Part shown: positions 14,396 through 22,418 of the stretch, piece after piece | How positions within the stretch are numbered: the stretch's first letter is position 1 | Layout: every line of letters begins with the position of its first letter | IMG/VR virus record: IMGVR_UViG_3300036807_000011 | Span: 1 to 27,513 of that record | Reading direction: 5' to 3' (one strand) | DNA: 27,513 nt | Source of the DNA: a virus | Taxonomy: Duplodnaviria > Caudoviricetes | The notes under the pieces: generated by a model | Told to the model about the DNA's origin: nothing | The model's database searches: none | The model's input: the letters and a program-made list of their open reading frames with translations, nothing else | Made by a program: the position numbers and the translations under genes

Positions 14396-17303
14396 AGCGT
14401 GATGATCTGGAGTGCATGAATGATTCAAACTCTGCCGATTGAAAGTTAGATGGCAAAGCTGAATCGTTCTCAATACTTATTTTAGTATCCTGTGCTTTCG
14501 TAAGAACAGGGAAACGATAGAACCCGCTGTCTAAGTTAAGAGTTCCTATTGTAGTGGAACCCACAACATCAGGAGTAAAGATATTCTCATAGGTATCACG
14601 GAACTTAGGAGTCACCTTGACCTTAAAGAAAGCCGTATTGTCAAAGTATATAGAGCCATTGCGTATCAACAACTTAGCGGCATTAGATGGGCTTGTGCTG
14701 TTGCCCGCCTTGGCTTTAAATAGTTGCTCAGAGAAGGTGTACTTCATGGTATAAGAGATGCCTACCCATACATTTGTATCTATATCATTACCAGCAGTAT
14801 CAACATCGTTAACCGCTTGTGTAAGAGTAACAGTGGCTCCTGAGTTAGTAGCATTGAGCTTGAGTCCGTCTGTCGTGTAAACCTCTACAGAGTTGTCTGC
14901 TGGGGTGTATGGTAGGGTGATTGTAGAGGAGCCATGTGTAACAGTCTTAGCTACTCGCATATCAAGGTGAGTAACGTAACCAGCAGCATCCTTTAAGCCA
15001 GACTCTAGAGGCATCTCAATGAGATTAGTTTCGGTTCCATTAGTCATGACTGCGTATAGAGTAGACTCAATGAACTCAATACCTCGTATCTCCCCTGTAA
15101 AGGTAAACTTAGACCAAGCACTTAGGACTTTCTGGTTATTATTCCAGAAGTAATTGTAGATATATAGGGAGCCTTTCTCTTCACCACTGAGTAACACAAT
15201 CATATCCTCGGAGGTAGTCCCTGCCATATCAATAATGTTACTAGGAATGTAAGCGGGAACGTGTTCAGTAACCTCAGTGGAATCGTAATTATCCGTAGAG
15301 GCATTTACAGTGAACTCTCTCATCCCCGTAAAGGCTCCACGAGTGAACGGGAAGTAAATATAAGAACCTAATGGTAATGGGTCTACTTGGTCTTCAAAGC
15401 TGAAGTTAGTAATAGGGGTGATGCTGACTGTCTTAGGGGTCAACACATCGCCACCCTTGAGAACGAACTGTCCATTCTCTGAGAATAAAATAAGATTCTC
15501 TTGGAAGCCTTTAGCGGACTTAAGGTTAGTCACTCGACTACTTGCTACTGATATGTCAATAGGGTCGGAGTCTAACAAAGTAGTTACTGTAGTGCGTCCA
15601 AAGTTATACTCCAGATTTCCAGAAGTATCTACAGCACCTAGTCCACTTTCAGATAGAATGACATTTTCTCCGCTAAGAAAACCCAAGCGATTCTTAAAGA
15701 AGAATATATTTGAAATTCTGTTAGCGACAAAGGAGGGGAGTGGATTAGTTATGTCGTCCCCCGCAATTCGTTCGCTTAGGGAGATGTCCTGTAGTTTAAA
15801 AGAATCGACTGCATCGTTTATAAGCAATAAAGGCATTGATGTAGGTTCAACTCCTTTAGATATACCAAAGCCAACTGTCTCTACCCAGCTTCCTTCACCA
15901 AAAGACTGTCCGTTAGCTGTTTCAAACTTAACATAGTAGTCGTCTGCGCTTATTTCAGCGTCTCCTCTTACCTTTACTTTAAAGTTATTGAAGCATTTGA
16001 AAGGTAGGGAAGATATTGAATCTACTTCCTTGTGTACTGCCTGTAACCCGCTGTCAGCTAAGGAATCGGTTGTAGATATTGCCATCGAAGTGAGTGCTAC
16101 ATCTGCAACTATCTTTATAACACTGCCGCTCCTAGATGCTGTAAAGTAATTGTTTATTACAGTGTTGTTATTAATCCTCGTTACCAAATCAGCCGCGATT
16201 AAATTTGTATTCGCATTTGTGCCAGATGAACTGGAGCCAGAGGAATGAGTAACGGAACTTGATACACTTGTTCCTGAACCAGTGCTTGTACTTGCTGTAA
16301 CTGTAGGTGCGTTAGAGTTTGTGGTTGTGGTACTAAGCAGACTGCCTACCCTGCCACCGCTGTTAGTATTAACAATAGTGGTTACACTACCTCCGTATCC
16401 AGCATAGTCGCCACGATTAACAACAGATACAGAGCCTACACGTCCGTTATTATTAGCCTCCATATTTACTTGGAGAGTAGCGTGACTGTAAACCCCATGA
16501 GTTGACTGAAGCTGTATGGTAGCCGTTCCTACCCCGTAACCTGCCCCTTTTTCGTTTACTGTGACGCTTCCTACTCTGTATCTTTTTGTCATATTAATGT
16601 AATTAATCGCACCAATACTGCTAGTGTTGTAAGAGTAATTATAACTAGACATATTCACCGTTAAAACGGCTGGTGTAGTTACTCCTCCAGTGTCAGCGGT
16701 ATTTGCTGTTAGAGTAATCGTATAACTTTTATCATAAGCCCCTTGACTAACGAAAACTAAACCTTCGGTTTCTAGCTCGTCTGTGTTAACCGACTGAGAC
16801 TCAACGCTGTGATTAGTGTTTAACAAGAACGAAGAGTCAGCAACAGTTACAGCCTTTAATATGTTTCTTGGATTAGTTGTATCTAGGTATGTGCTACTTA
16901 CTGGATAACCTGTCGCAACATACGTCGTAGTATTTCCTGCAGAAGCGGTGTTGTGTGCTGTAACTTCGGCAGAGGTAAATGACTTTTTGTAGATGTTAGT
17001 GCCTACTTGTATAGTGGCTTCATTACCTGTTGTTATATTGTAGGCGTAAAGACATATCCCGTCATGAATAACCACATACTTCTCAGAGCCATTTCGATTG
17101 ATAAAGTGAACAAAGCTATTAGCATCAATAGCACTCGAAAGTAACTTACCAACGTGCCTAGTATTAGGGCGTTTCTTAAGTCCATCCGCAACAGAGCTAA
17201 GAGCGTTTTCCTGCTCCTCACATTGACCAGCAAAGCGAGTTGCGTCTGGTTGTTGAGATACCCCTTGGATGAGGTTAGGGACTGCTGTGTTAATTAAAGG
17301 CAT
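14388..17303 (-). CDS. Tail tubular protein B / nozzle (T7 gp12-like), with insertion
   Basis: PNLIQGVSQQPD...GLKKRP N-terminus, LPSFV..ISNIFFFKNRLGFL, DSDPID, EVTEHVPAYIP and QKVLSAWSKF motifs; 971 aa versus about 800 aa for T7 gp12. Confidence 0.95.
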   Translation of the reverse strand: MPLINTAVPNLIQGVSQQPDATRFAGQCEEQENALSSVADGLKKRPNTRHVGKLLSSAIDANSFVHFINRNGSEKYVVIHDGICLYAYNITTGNEATIQVGTNIYKKSFTSAEVTAHNTASAGNTTTYVATGYPVSSTYLDTTNPRNILKAVTVADSSFLLNTNHSVESQSVNTDELETEGLVFVSQGAYDKSYTITLTANTADTGGVTTPAVLTVNMSSYNYSYNTSSIGAINYINMTKRYRVGSVTVNEKGAGYGVGTATIQLQSTHGVYSHATLQVNMEANNNGRVGSVSVVNRGDYAGYGGSVTTIVNTNSGGRVGSLLSTTTTNSNAPTVTASTSTGSGTSVSSSVTHSSGSSSSGTNANTNLIAADLVTRINNNTVINNYFTASRSGSVIKIVADVALTSMAISTTDSLADSGLQAVHKEVDSISSLPFKCFNNFKVKVRGDAEISADDYYVKFETANGQSFGEGSWVETVGFGISKGVEPTSMPLLLINDAVDSFKLQDISLSERIAGDDITNPLPSFVANRISNIFFFKNRLGFLSGENVILSESGLGAVDTSGNLEYNFGRTTVTTLLDSDPIDISVASSRVTNLKSAKGFQENLILFSENGQFVLKGGDVLTPKTVSITPITNFSFEDQVDPLPLGSYIYFPFTRGAFTGMREFTVNASTDNYDSTEVTEHVPAYIPSNIIDMAGTTSEDMIVLLSGEEKGSLYIYNYFWNNNQKVLSAWSKFTFTGEIRGIEFIESTLYAVMTNGTETNLIEMPLESGLKDAAGYVTHLDMRVAKTVTHGSSTITLPYTPADNSVEVYTTDGLKLNATNSGATVTLTQAVNDVDTAGNDIDTNVWVGISYTMKYTFSEQLFKAKAGNSTSPSNAAKLLIRNGSIYFDNTAFFKVKVTPKFRDTYENIFTPDVVGSTTIGTLNLDSGFYRFPVLTKAQDTKISIENDSALPSNFQSAEFESFMHSRSSRYA

Positions 17304-17305
17304 TA

Positions 17306-17887
17306 TTAAATATCGTAGTTACGGTTTAAACCTATTCTTGTGGCTGCATCAAAGTTGTCAAATATAGTTCTATCAGAGCCTCCATAGTCGGACTCCTCGA
17401 GTCGAGAACGCGCTTGGTATTCATCGCGCGCTATCAATGCTTCAAGCTCTCGCGATCCCACTACCCGTCCTTGAAAAATTCTAGAGGCACGTAGTGTAAT
17501 ATATCTACGCGCTTCTTCTGGAAGAGAGTCCCAATCAAGTAACCGCATTAGGTTGACCTTGATACTCTTTGTAAATGTGGATGTGTTGTTGGTGCGGTCA
17601 AATAAAGATGAACCTCTTTGTACTATGTCTAGCGATTTATCATCAGCGTCTACTTGAACTGCGTCCGTAGGAACAGTGATGCTTCCATCGACTGGAGATA
17701 GGGTGACATTCTTCTCAGAGTTGAAGTGCCAGCCCTCTGATTGTATCTCTTTGCTTACTTCATTCAAAGCAGATAGAGCAGTGGTTGCACTTACAGGTAA
17801 AGAACCTGTTAATGAATTGATGGGGGACTCACCGATGTGACCCAACATCACGTTAACGGATTCTAGTTGAGAAGTTAAAGTTGCCAT
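17306..17887 (-). CDS. Tail tubular protein A / adaptor (T7 gp11-like)
   Basis: LESVNVMLGHIGESPINSL, IQSEGWHFNSE and LPEEARRYITLRASRIFQ motifs; 193 aa. Confidence 0.95.
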   Translation of the reverse strand: MATLTSQLESVNVMLGHIGESPINSLTGSLPVSATTALSALNEVSKEIQSEGWHFNSEKNVTLSPVDGSITVPTDAVQVDADDKSLDIVQRGSSLFDRTNNTSTFTKSIKVNLMRLLDWDSLPEEARRYITLRASRIFQGRVVGSRELEALIARDEYQARSRLEESDYGGSDRTIFDNFDAATRIGLNRNYDI

Positions 17888-18015
17888 TATTTGCCTTTCT
17901 TTTTAGGGAAACCCTTTTTCATGTTGCTGTAAGACTTATTGCTTACGGTTGATTTACTCTTGGGACGACTGATTCCAAGCTTACGTCTGCGGTTGATATT
18001 TTCGTATAAACTCAT
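17887..18015 (-). CDS. Small basic peptide (42 aa); not in ORF track
   Basis: Hand translation MSLYENINRRRKLGISRPKSKSTVSNKSYSNMKKGFPKKKGK; TAA overlaps the gp11 ATG (TAATG coupling); fills the terminator-to-gp11 gap. Confidence 0.75.
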   Translation of the reverse strand: MSLYENINRRRKLGISRPKSKSTVSNKSYSNMKKGFPKKKGK

Positions 18016-18033
18016 ATTAACATTTCCATTAAT

Positions 18034-18064
18034 AAAAAACCCCACCCCCATTTGGGGGCAGGGC
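18034..18064 (-). terminator. Rho-independent terminator after the major capsid gene (T-phi position)
   Basis: Minus strand gccctgccccc-aaat-gggggtggggt followed by a U-run, about 10 nt after the capsid stop. Confidence 0.9.
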
Positions 18065-18075
18065 TTGATTAATTA

Positions 18076-19110
18076 TTAAGCAGGCTTCACTGCAACAGCA
18101 CACTCAGGACGGAGAACTCCGTGACCCATTGCGTACTTAGCAACGAAGAGCGTGCCTTGACGCTCGATTTGGTATTCGCTTTCAGTAGCAAGATCAAGAA
18201 GCTTGACCGTACCGATTGCTTCCTTAGTACCGCAAAGCATGCCGTACTCAAGGGTTGGTCCAGAACCAGTTGTCAATGGAGAGAAGTCTCCGTTGTAACC
18301 ACTACCACCACTGAATACAGTGTTGTTGGACGAGCCATCACCAGTAGCGACAGCTGAGTCATCACCTAATTCAGCGATGTCAACAAGGTGGTTGCTCTTT
18401 ACGAGACGGATACCAGCAACGCTTGCAACAGTACCAGCATTGACGTTACCGCCAGAACCAGTGTCCTTGTTGATAGCAACGTTGTCAGATGTTAGCAACT
18501 TGTAGTAAGTAGCTGGAGCAAGGATCGCGAAGCGACCTTCATCTGGAGCATCATTCTTGTCAAGTGTTTCAGCAACAGCGTATAGAGCATCGATGATGCC
18601 AGCAGCTGTGTTTGTAGTAGCACCAGTGATGCTTGTACCAGCAGGGGTGTTGGTCAAGTTAGCACTGTCTTGTGAAGCAGCATAGAGAGTCTTCATCGTT
18701 GCGATGTCGAAACGTTTTGCTAGAGCCTTACCAAGTTCAGCAGCGTAGATGCTACGAACGTCATAATGCTTTTTGAGTTCATCAATGTTTGCGATGAATG
18801 TCGAAGAAACAAGAACGTCATCAATAGTGATGATCTTCTCGTTCATGCCAATGTTGGATAGGTATCCAGTTGACGCTTCGACGATGTTTTCGCCTACGCT
18901 GTGATATTTAGCAGTAGCTATTCCAGAAACTGGGAACTGTGCAGATTTCCCTGAAGAAATCGTGCGAAGCATGTGCAGTTCTTTCATGACGTTTGTCTCA
19001 GAGAAACTCGTAAGAATTTCACCAGAGAAAACTTTTAGAAAGAGTGCATCATTGTCAGACCCACCTTGGATTAAACCACTACGAGTTGGGGAGAAGTCTC
19101 CGTTTGCCAT
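18076..19110 (-). CDS. Major capsid protein (T7 gp10-like)
   Basis: ALFLKVFSGEILTSF, RTISSGKSAQFP, EKIITIDD, YDVRSIY..ELGKALA and KYAMGHGVLRPECA motifs; AAAGGA upstream. Confidence 0.98.
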   Translation of the reverse strand: MANGDFSPTRSGLIQGGSDNDALFLKVFSGEILTSFSETNVMKELHMLRTISSGKSAQFPVSGIATAKYHSVGENIVEASTGYLSNIGMNEKIITIDDVLVSSTFIANIDELKKHYDVRSIYAAELGKALAKRFDIATMKTLYAASQDSANLTNTPAGTSITGATTNTAAGIIDALYAVAETLDKNDAPDEGRFAILAPATYYKLLTSDNVAINKDTGSGGNVNAGTVASVAGIRLVKSNHLVDIAELGDDSAVATGDGSSNNTVFSGGSGYNGDFSPLTTGSGPTLEYGMLCGTKEAIGTVKLLDLATESEYQIERQGTLFVAKYAMGHGVLRPECAVAVKPA

Positions 19111-19143
19111 AGTATTTTCCTTTGTTTATTTATTGATAGAAAT

Positions 19144-19252
19144 GAGAACAGAATGTTCTCGTTAGTTTTGTGGTCTTTCAGTCCGTGTATATTTTACGAT
19201 CAGTGAGTTGTCTGACGTATCAGGCTCAGTCGCTACTTTAAACTTAGAGTAG
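19144..19252 (-). promoter_or_regulatory. Structured 5' leader of the capsid gene (three hairpins)
   Basis: Minus strand: ctactcta-agtt-taaagtag (19233-19252, one mismatch); tgag-c-ctga-TACG-tcag-acaa-ctca (19204-19228); gagaaca-ttc-tgttctc (19144-19160). Confidence 0.55.
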
Positions 19253-19255
19253 AAA

Positions 19256-19411
19256 TTATTTTTTATGCTTGTTATGGAAGTCGAAGAGTATCTTTACCTT
19301 CTCCTTCAAGACCTCGATGCTGTAGTGCATCTTAGACAGTATGATAACTAGCGTAATAAATCCGATTAGTATTGGCGTTACTACCGAAGCAATTTGTAAT
19401 GCCAATTCCAT
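19256..19411 (-). CDS. Small single-TM membrane protein (51 aa); not in ORF track
   Basis: Hand translation MELALQIASVVTPILIGFITLVIILSKMHYSIEVLKEKVKILFDFHNKHKK; starts 4 nt after the upstream stop. Confidence 0.7.
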   Translation of the reverse strand: MELALQIASVVTPILIGFITLVIILSKMHYSIEVLKEKVKILFDFHNKHKK

Positions 19412-19415
19412 AAAA

Positions 19416-19820
19416 TCATTTTACTTGAGATGATCCAAAGTAGAACCCTACAATGGCAAGCATGGATTGCCGAACCTCTGGAAGAATAACAAATCCTTCT
19501 AGAGAGTTCCATCCTCCTCCCCCTATACCTAAGAAACCAAGCAACCCTCTGGGTGCTGACTTCTCGACGGTAACGGGAGTGTCTAAGAGTGACAGAATGA
19601 ATGGAGCTAGAATAACAGCGAAGAGTACAAACAATACGAACGTACGTCTTACCCACACACCGCCTCTTGTTGAAGCTTGCTGTGCGGACTCATCGGCTGC
19701 TTTCTGTTTAGCCAACTGCATCTCAAGGAGACGAGTTTGTGATTCAGCTTGGGAAGCGAGCATCTTCATAACGAAGCCGCTCAAACCACCACCAAGCATT
19801 GCTATTAGTTCCATACTCAT
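19416..19820 (-). CDS. Membrane protein, putative holin-like (134 aa)
   Basis: N-terminal hydrophobic helix, coiled coil, TM segment TFVLFVLFAVILAPFILSLL and C-terminal AIVGFYFGSS, resembling 3-TM phage holin families. Confidence 0.55.
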   Translation of the reverse strand: MSMELIAMLGGGLSGFVMKMLASQAESQTRLLEMQLAKQKAADESAQQASTRGGVWVRRTFVLFVLFAVILAPFILSLLDTPVTVEKSAPRGLLGFLGIGGGGWNSLEGFVILPEVRQSMLAIVGFYFGSSQVK

Positions 19821-19822
19821 AA

Positions 19823-20632
19823 TTAGAATGCGTTAGAGACAGCGATGCGCTTCTCGATTTGTTCACGGTATGCTGGGTCGTTCTTATACCTTGGGTCTTG
19901 CATAGCCTCTACCATAGAAGCTGCGGAACCAAATGACTTAACACCACCCGTGCCTGATGTAGCACCTTGAGCAAGGTTGGGAGCTTTGCCTCCAGCCCCT
20001 AAGAACTGAGCGTACATACCTTTCACGGCAACACGTGCTTGTTCAACAGAGCCTCTTTCAACAATATCGTTGTAAGCTTGTAGGTCTCCGTCAGCTAGAT
20101 TCTCTCCAGCCCATTCGCTCATGGCTGCATAGTTTGCATTACCACCGATGGACTCTTGAATCTCTAGAGCTGATGCCGTGGAGATAGCTTCTTGTCCATG
20201 AATGTAAGCCTCAACGAACTCACGCGGAATACCCGCCTTATCAAGCTCTATGAAAGCTTTGTCAGATAGCTTACCAGTTTCTGTAAACTCTTCTGTAGCT
20301 TTTTGTACAGCGTTACTAGTGCTTGTGTTGATTGGCTCAGGAGTTTCTTCGCCTTCTGCTTGATCTTCATCTTTAGTGGTTTCCTTCTTGGATTGTTTTT
20401 GTTGTAGCTCTTTATAAGCCTTTGCTAAATCTTCTGGGTTTTCAAACTTTTCATCTAGCCACTCAGGACGTTCAGAAGTCTTTTCGACTTCTTGTTTGCC
20501 CTCGTCAGCACTCGACTCTATAGTCTGACCCCGTTGTTGAGCAGCTTCGTCTTGCATAGCTGCTTGCTTCTCAAGAGATATATTCTCTTCGTTTGTGTTC
20601 TCGCTTACTGTTACTGACTGATAATTAGCCAT
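19823..20632 (-). CDS. Capsid assembly (scaffold) protein, T7 gp9-like
   Basis: ERPEWLDEKF..PEDLAKAYKEL, IGGNANYAAMSEWA and AMQDPRYKNDPAYR motifs; acidic; follows the portal. Confidence 0.93.
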   Translation of the reverse strand: MANYQSVTVSENTNEENISLEKQAAMQDEAAQQRGQTIESSADEGKQEVEKTSERPEWLDEKFENPEDLAKAYKELQQKQSKKETTKDEDQAEGEETPEPINTSTSNAVQKATEEFTETGKLSDKAFIELDKAGIPREFVEAYIHGQEAISTASALEIQESIGGNANYAAMSEWAGENLADGDLQAYNDIVERGSVEQARVAVKGMYAQFLGAGGKAPNLAQGATSGTGGVKSFGSAASMVEAMQDPRYKNDPAYREQIEKRIAVSNAF

Positions 20633-20635
20633 AGT

Positions 20636-22180
20636 TTACTGTTCCTCTCTCGCTTCTGGTTGTTGTAGTTTTGCTTCTTCTGACATAGCCTTGATACCTG
20701 CTGGTCCAAGTTTCTCTGCCATCTGCATTTGTTGAGCTTGCTGGGCTTCCTGCGCCATCTGCTCTTGGTCTTTAATTAGACCGCTTGTTTTAATGCCGAG
20801 CGATGTAGCTCTGCGTTTAAAGTATTCTTCTACGTTAATAAATTGTTGTACAGCTTCTGGACCCACAACCTGAGCTGCTCCCGCTAGGAACATATCTAGC
20901 TTCTGTAGGTCGTTACCTCTACCTAATGCTTCTACACCAGTGATGATAACAGGACTCACAACCTTCTCAGGTAACTTAGGTAGAGACTTGTTCTTGTTCA
21001 TGATGGTCATCAAACGATTGACCATAGGTAGCTGCATCTCAGTGCTTAGTAGAGAGTAGAGACCACCGATAGCAGACTCTAGTTCTTGTCCAAGCATACG
21101 AATCTCTTCAGCTGTCACACGCTCTGCGTTACGAACAACACCAGAGGTAAGTAGGAACGCGTGTCCCATACGCTCTTCAATTTTAGCCATGCTCTCTTGC
21201 ACAACTCTGAAGTCATTGAACTTGTTTAGTTGTAGAACTGACACATCCTGAGCATTGCCTTGAGTGATAGCACCGTTAGGAGACTCAGCTAGAGTTCTTG
21301 CTCTGGTAGTTCCATTAGGATTGACCATGAACAATACTTTGGCTGCTGCTGAGCTGCCTTCGACAAGTGCTTGGGTAAGTTTCTCAAGAGACTGTAAGTC
21401 ACCCAAGTATTCTTCTACGTACCCTCTGCCGTAATCTTCTCCGTCAATGCGAGAGAACCTTAGAGGAATGAAAGGGTTCTTATCTAAGGGGTATGATCCT
21501 TCGGAGGAAGGAATCATCTCTCCATTAATCTCTTGCCATACATACCACTTGTCGCTCTTACGACACACAGCTGTGTATAAACAAATCTCTTCGTCTGGTG
21601 ACTCCATGTCTTGGACACCAACAAGACTCTTCATCTCATCTGTCAGTGACATATAAGATAGGTCTTCCTTAGTGCATATATAAATCACGTTGCCCATTGA
21701 GTCACGCTCTACACAGAAACGATCAAGATGGAACACACGAAGACCTGAGTCATCTGGTAGATATATAAGTGCGTTACCTGTGATGATAAGATGTTTAAGA
21801 GCTTCGTGAATACCTGTGCGGTAAGTGTTGCCACTGATCTCATCCATCACTGCTTCCTCTACTTGTTGTAGCGAGGACTCTATCTCAGTGATGAGTTCAT
21901 CAGGTGCGCCTTCAGCACGTAGCTGATACTCATCTATCTTTAAACGAAAGAACGGAGCGTTGGGAGGTAGAAGTGCCAACAGTAATTTAGAAGCGAGGTT
22001 GTTTACTCCTCTTGCCCCAACGCCCTGAAATGGTGTATCCAAACGACTGTGAGAACCGAAGCCCTCATCTGGCATGACGTATGGAAGTGTAAGTTTTGCT
22101 GCTTTTCTAGCCCTGTCCAAGTAGGTGTATCGTTTACCTTCAAGGGATTGATATAATGATTGGGCAGATTTGTTACTCAT
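20636..22180 (-). CDS. Portal (head-tail connector), T7 gp8-like
   Basis: FQGVGARGVNNLASKLLLALLPP, GEDYGRGYVEEYLGDL, AERVTAEEIR and TGVEALGRGNDL motifs. Confidence 0.98.
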   Translation of the reverse strand: MSNKSAQSLYQSLEGKRYTYLDRARKAAKLTLPYVMPDEGFGSHSRLDTPFQGVGARGVNNLASKLLLALLPPNAPFFRLKIDEYQLRAEGAPDELITEIESSLQQVEEAVMDEISGNTYRTGIHEALKHLIITGNALIYLPDDSGLRVFHLDRFCVERDSMGNVIYICTKEDLSYMSLTDEMKSLVGVQDMESPDEEICLYTAVCRKSDKWYVWQEINGEMIPSSEGSYPLDKNPFIPLRFSRIDGEDYGRGYVEEYLGDLQSLEKLTQALVEGSSAAAKVLFMVNPNGTTRARTLAESPNGAITQGNAQDVSVLQLNKFNDFRVVQESMAKIEERMGHAFLLTSGVVRNAERVTAEEIRMLGQELESAIGGLYSLLSTEMQLPMVNRLMTIMNKNKSLPKLPEKVVSPVIITGVEALGRGNDLQKLDMFLAGAAQVVGPEAVQQFINVEEYFKRRATSLGIKTSGLIKDQEQMAQEAQQAQQMQMAEKLGPAGIKAMSEEAKLQQPEAREEQ

Positions 22181-22187
22181 AAATTTA

Positions 22188-22418
22188 TTAGTCCTCTCCG
22201 ACTTCTAGGGGTGAATAGGTATCAACAGTAGCCGACTCTTCGGACTCGTCGAGGTCATAATCATCAACATCTAAAGCCCACATACCGTCAGCCGTAGGGA
22301 CTGGCTTAGTCAACCAGCGGGTTCCCTTGCCATCAGTCCAGTAGGAGAAGTTAAGGTCTTTGCCTTCTTCGTCGGCTCGCTCAATGGCGGCTTCTTCGCT
22401 TGCGTAAATTAGATACAT
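22188..22418 (-). CDS. Hypothetical acidic protein (76 aa), coupled to the 834-aa gene
   Basis: ATG overlaps the upstream TAA at 22418; W-rich with acidic tail; fills the gap to the portal. Confidence 0.75.
   Translation of the reverse strand: MYLIYASEEAAIERADEEGKDLNFSYWTDGKGTRWLTKPVPTADGMWALDVDDYDLDESEESATVDTYSPLEVGED

Noticed and set aside
14396-14473. N-terminal extension of the gp13-like ORF in the track
   Set aside because: It overlaps tail tube B extensively; the ATG at 14395 at the upstream gene's end is more plausible.
15418-15936. 172-aa + strand ORF and the other short + strand ORFs in the track
   Set aside because: All overlap well-supported minus-strand genes and have shadow-like composition.
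18060-18110. T7 gp10B-type frameshift extension of the capsid
   Set aside because: No obvious slippery site; tandem stops (TAATAATTAA) and a terminator follow at once.
19381-19656. 91-aa alternative-frame minus ORF
   Set aside because: It overlaps the 134-aa and 51-aa membrane ORFs, which tile the region better.
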